Below, piece after piece: positions 36,636 through 37,513 of a stretch of DNA of 37,513 bases (position 1 is its first letter; each line of letters starts with the position of its first letter). Origin of the DNA: Oscillospiraceae bacterium (GTDB lineage: Bacteria; Bacillota; Clostridia; UMGS1810); contig JALEIO010000132.1 of the NCBI GenBank assembly GCA_022769845.1, positions 1 through 37,513 on the forward strand, read 5' to 3'. The notes under the pieces are model-generated. The model was not told where the DNA came from, ran no database searches, and saw nothing but the letters and a program-made list of their open reading frames with translations. A program made the position numbers and the translations under genes.

Positions 36636-36664
36636 TATATTATGTGCAATGATTAAAATGTGTG
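36636..36664 (-). promoter_or_regulatory. SigmaK-like (mother-cell sporulation) promoter for the microprotein operon
   Basis: Minus strand CACA-N16-CATAATATA matches the sigmaK pattern (ACA-N16-CATAnnnTA); sigmaE uses a similar -10. Confidence 0.6.
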
Positions 36665-36683
36665 AAAATAAGGAGCGAAAAAT

Positions 36684-37513
36684 ATGAAAGCAGTAATTCT
36701 TACCATCTCGGCAGGCGGTGGTCACAACACTGCTGCAAAGGCAATAAACGAATGTTTTACAACCCTTGGAATAGAAACTGTTACCATTGACGCATACAAG
36801 TATTTTAACAAGTATTTGAGCGATACCGTTGAAAAAGGATATCTTTTTTCTACCAAATATGTTCCGAAATTGTACGGAAAGTTTTATCGTATGGCGGAAA
36901 AAAAGTCGGATACTGATATAAAAATGAAGATGGGAGCGTTCGGAACGGCGCTTGTGATAAGAAAATTTGCACGATTTATTGCAGCGCAAAATGCAGACGC
37001 GGTTATTGCAACGCACATTTTTGCAGGCGAGCTTTTGACAATTTTGCGTGAGAAAAACGCGCTGGATGAAAAAATTAAGACTATCGGCATAGTTACTGAT
37101 TTTACCGTTCATCCGTTTTGGGAGGAAACTAATCTTGATTATTATGTTACGGCGTCCGATCTTTTGGATTATCAGATGCTAAAAAAAGGTATTCCGAAGA
37201 ATAAAATTTTGCCTTTCGGCATACCTGTACATCCGAAATTTTCTAAAAAAATGTCTAAAGCAGAGGCAAGAGAGACACTTGGCATTCCCAATAAGGATAC
37301 GGTTTTTGTCATTGCAGGCAGTATGGGCTTCGGTGATGTTGCGCGGCACGTTAAAAATCTTGATAAGTCGGAGCACGATTTTCAGATTATTGCAGTTTGC
37401 GGCAACAACAAAAAATTAAAGGCGCATCTTGAAAAGCTTAAAATGCATAAGGATATGTTTGTTTACGGATTTGTCGGAAATGTTGACGTTATTATGGACG
37501 CGTCCGACTGCAT
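36684..37513 (+). CDS. UgtP/MGDG-synthase-family glycosyltransferase (GT28), 3'-partial
   Basis: MKAVILTISAGGGHNTAA, IATH, GIVTDF.VHPFW, GIPV.PKF, GSMG.G, VCG.N, GFV.NV..IMDASD; RBS aaggag; runs off the window end. Confidence 0.85.
   Translation, partial: MKAVILTISAGGGHNTAAKAINECFTTLGIETVTIDAYKYFNKYLSDTVEKGYLFSTKYVPKLYGKFYRMAEKKSDTDIKMKMGAFGTALVIRKFARFIAAQNADAVIATHIFAGELLTILREKNALDEKIKTIGIVTDFTVHPFWEETNLDYYVTASDLLDYQMLKKGIPKNKILPFGIPVHPKFSKKMSKAEARETLGIPNKDTVFVIAGSMGFGDVARHVKNLDKSEHDFQIIAVCGNNKKLKAHLEKLKMHKDMFVYGFVGNVDVIMDASDC

Noticed and set aside
36470-37376. ORF-track ORFs 36470-36652(+), 36588-37112(-), 36884-37090(-), 37179-37376(-)
   Set aside because: Shadows of the microprotein genes and of the partial glycosyltransferase starting at 36684.

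Overview
Chromosomal, mostly housekeeping segment of a Clostridia-class Firmicute; I see no transposase, integrase, phage gene, CRISPR array, rRNA or tRNA. From left to right: (1) an extended reductive pyrimidine-catabolism operon (end of an NMT1/THI5-like binding protein, hydA, a PreA-type dehydrogenase with a fused PreT-like Fe-S N-terminus, a PucR regulator, class III aminotransferase, an unknown 137-aa protein, beta-ureidopropionase, Fe-ADH); (2) vanZ-like/Lrp/aminotransferase/trmL/degV; (3) pgk-tpiA-gpmI; (4) a minus-strand block asnA-glnA(GSIII), GT2 + polytopic membrane protein, WecB/TagA-tmk; (5) carA, a carB-dapF fusion that keeps an internal in-frame RBS/ATG, dapL, and a degenerate Rossmann/DUF2520-like gene; (6) hpf with a structured leader, followed by two tandem 113-bp structured repeats; (7) feoA-feoB-rhaB; (8) a degenerate LCP gene; (9) three Cys-rich single-TM microproteins (31, 39, 53 aa) missed by the ORF track, with strong RBSs, a sigmaK-like promoter and a terminator; (10) a partial UgtP/MGDG-synthase glycosyltransferase. 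Best leads: the microprotein operon, the CarB-DapF fusion with its internal start, the covarying tandem repeat and the hpf leader. All assignments are by eye, without database searches.
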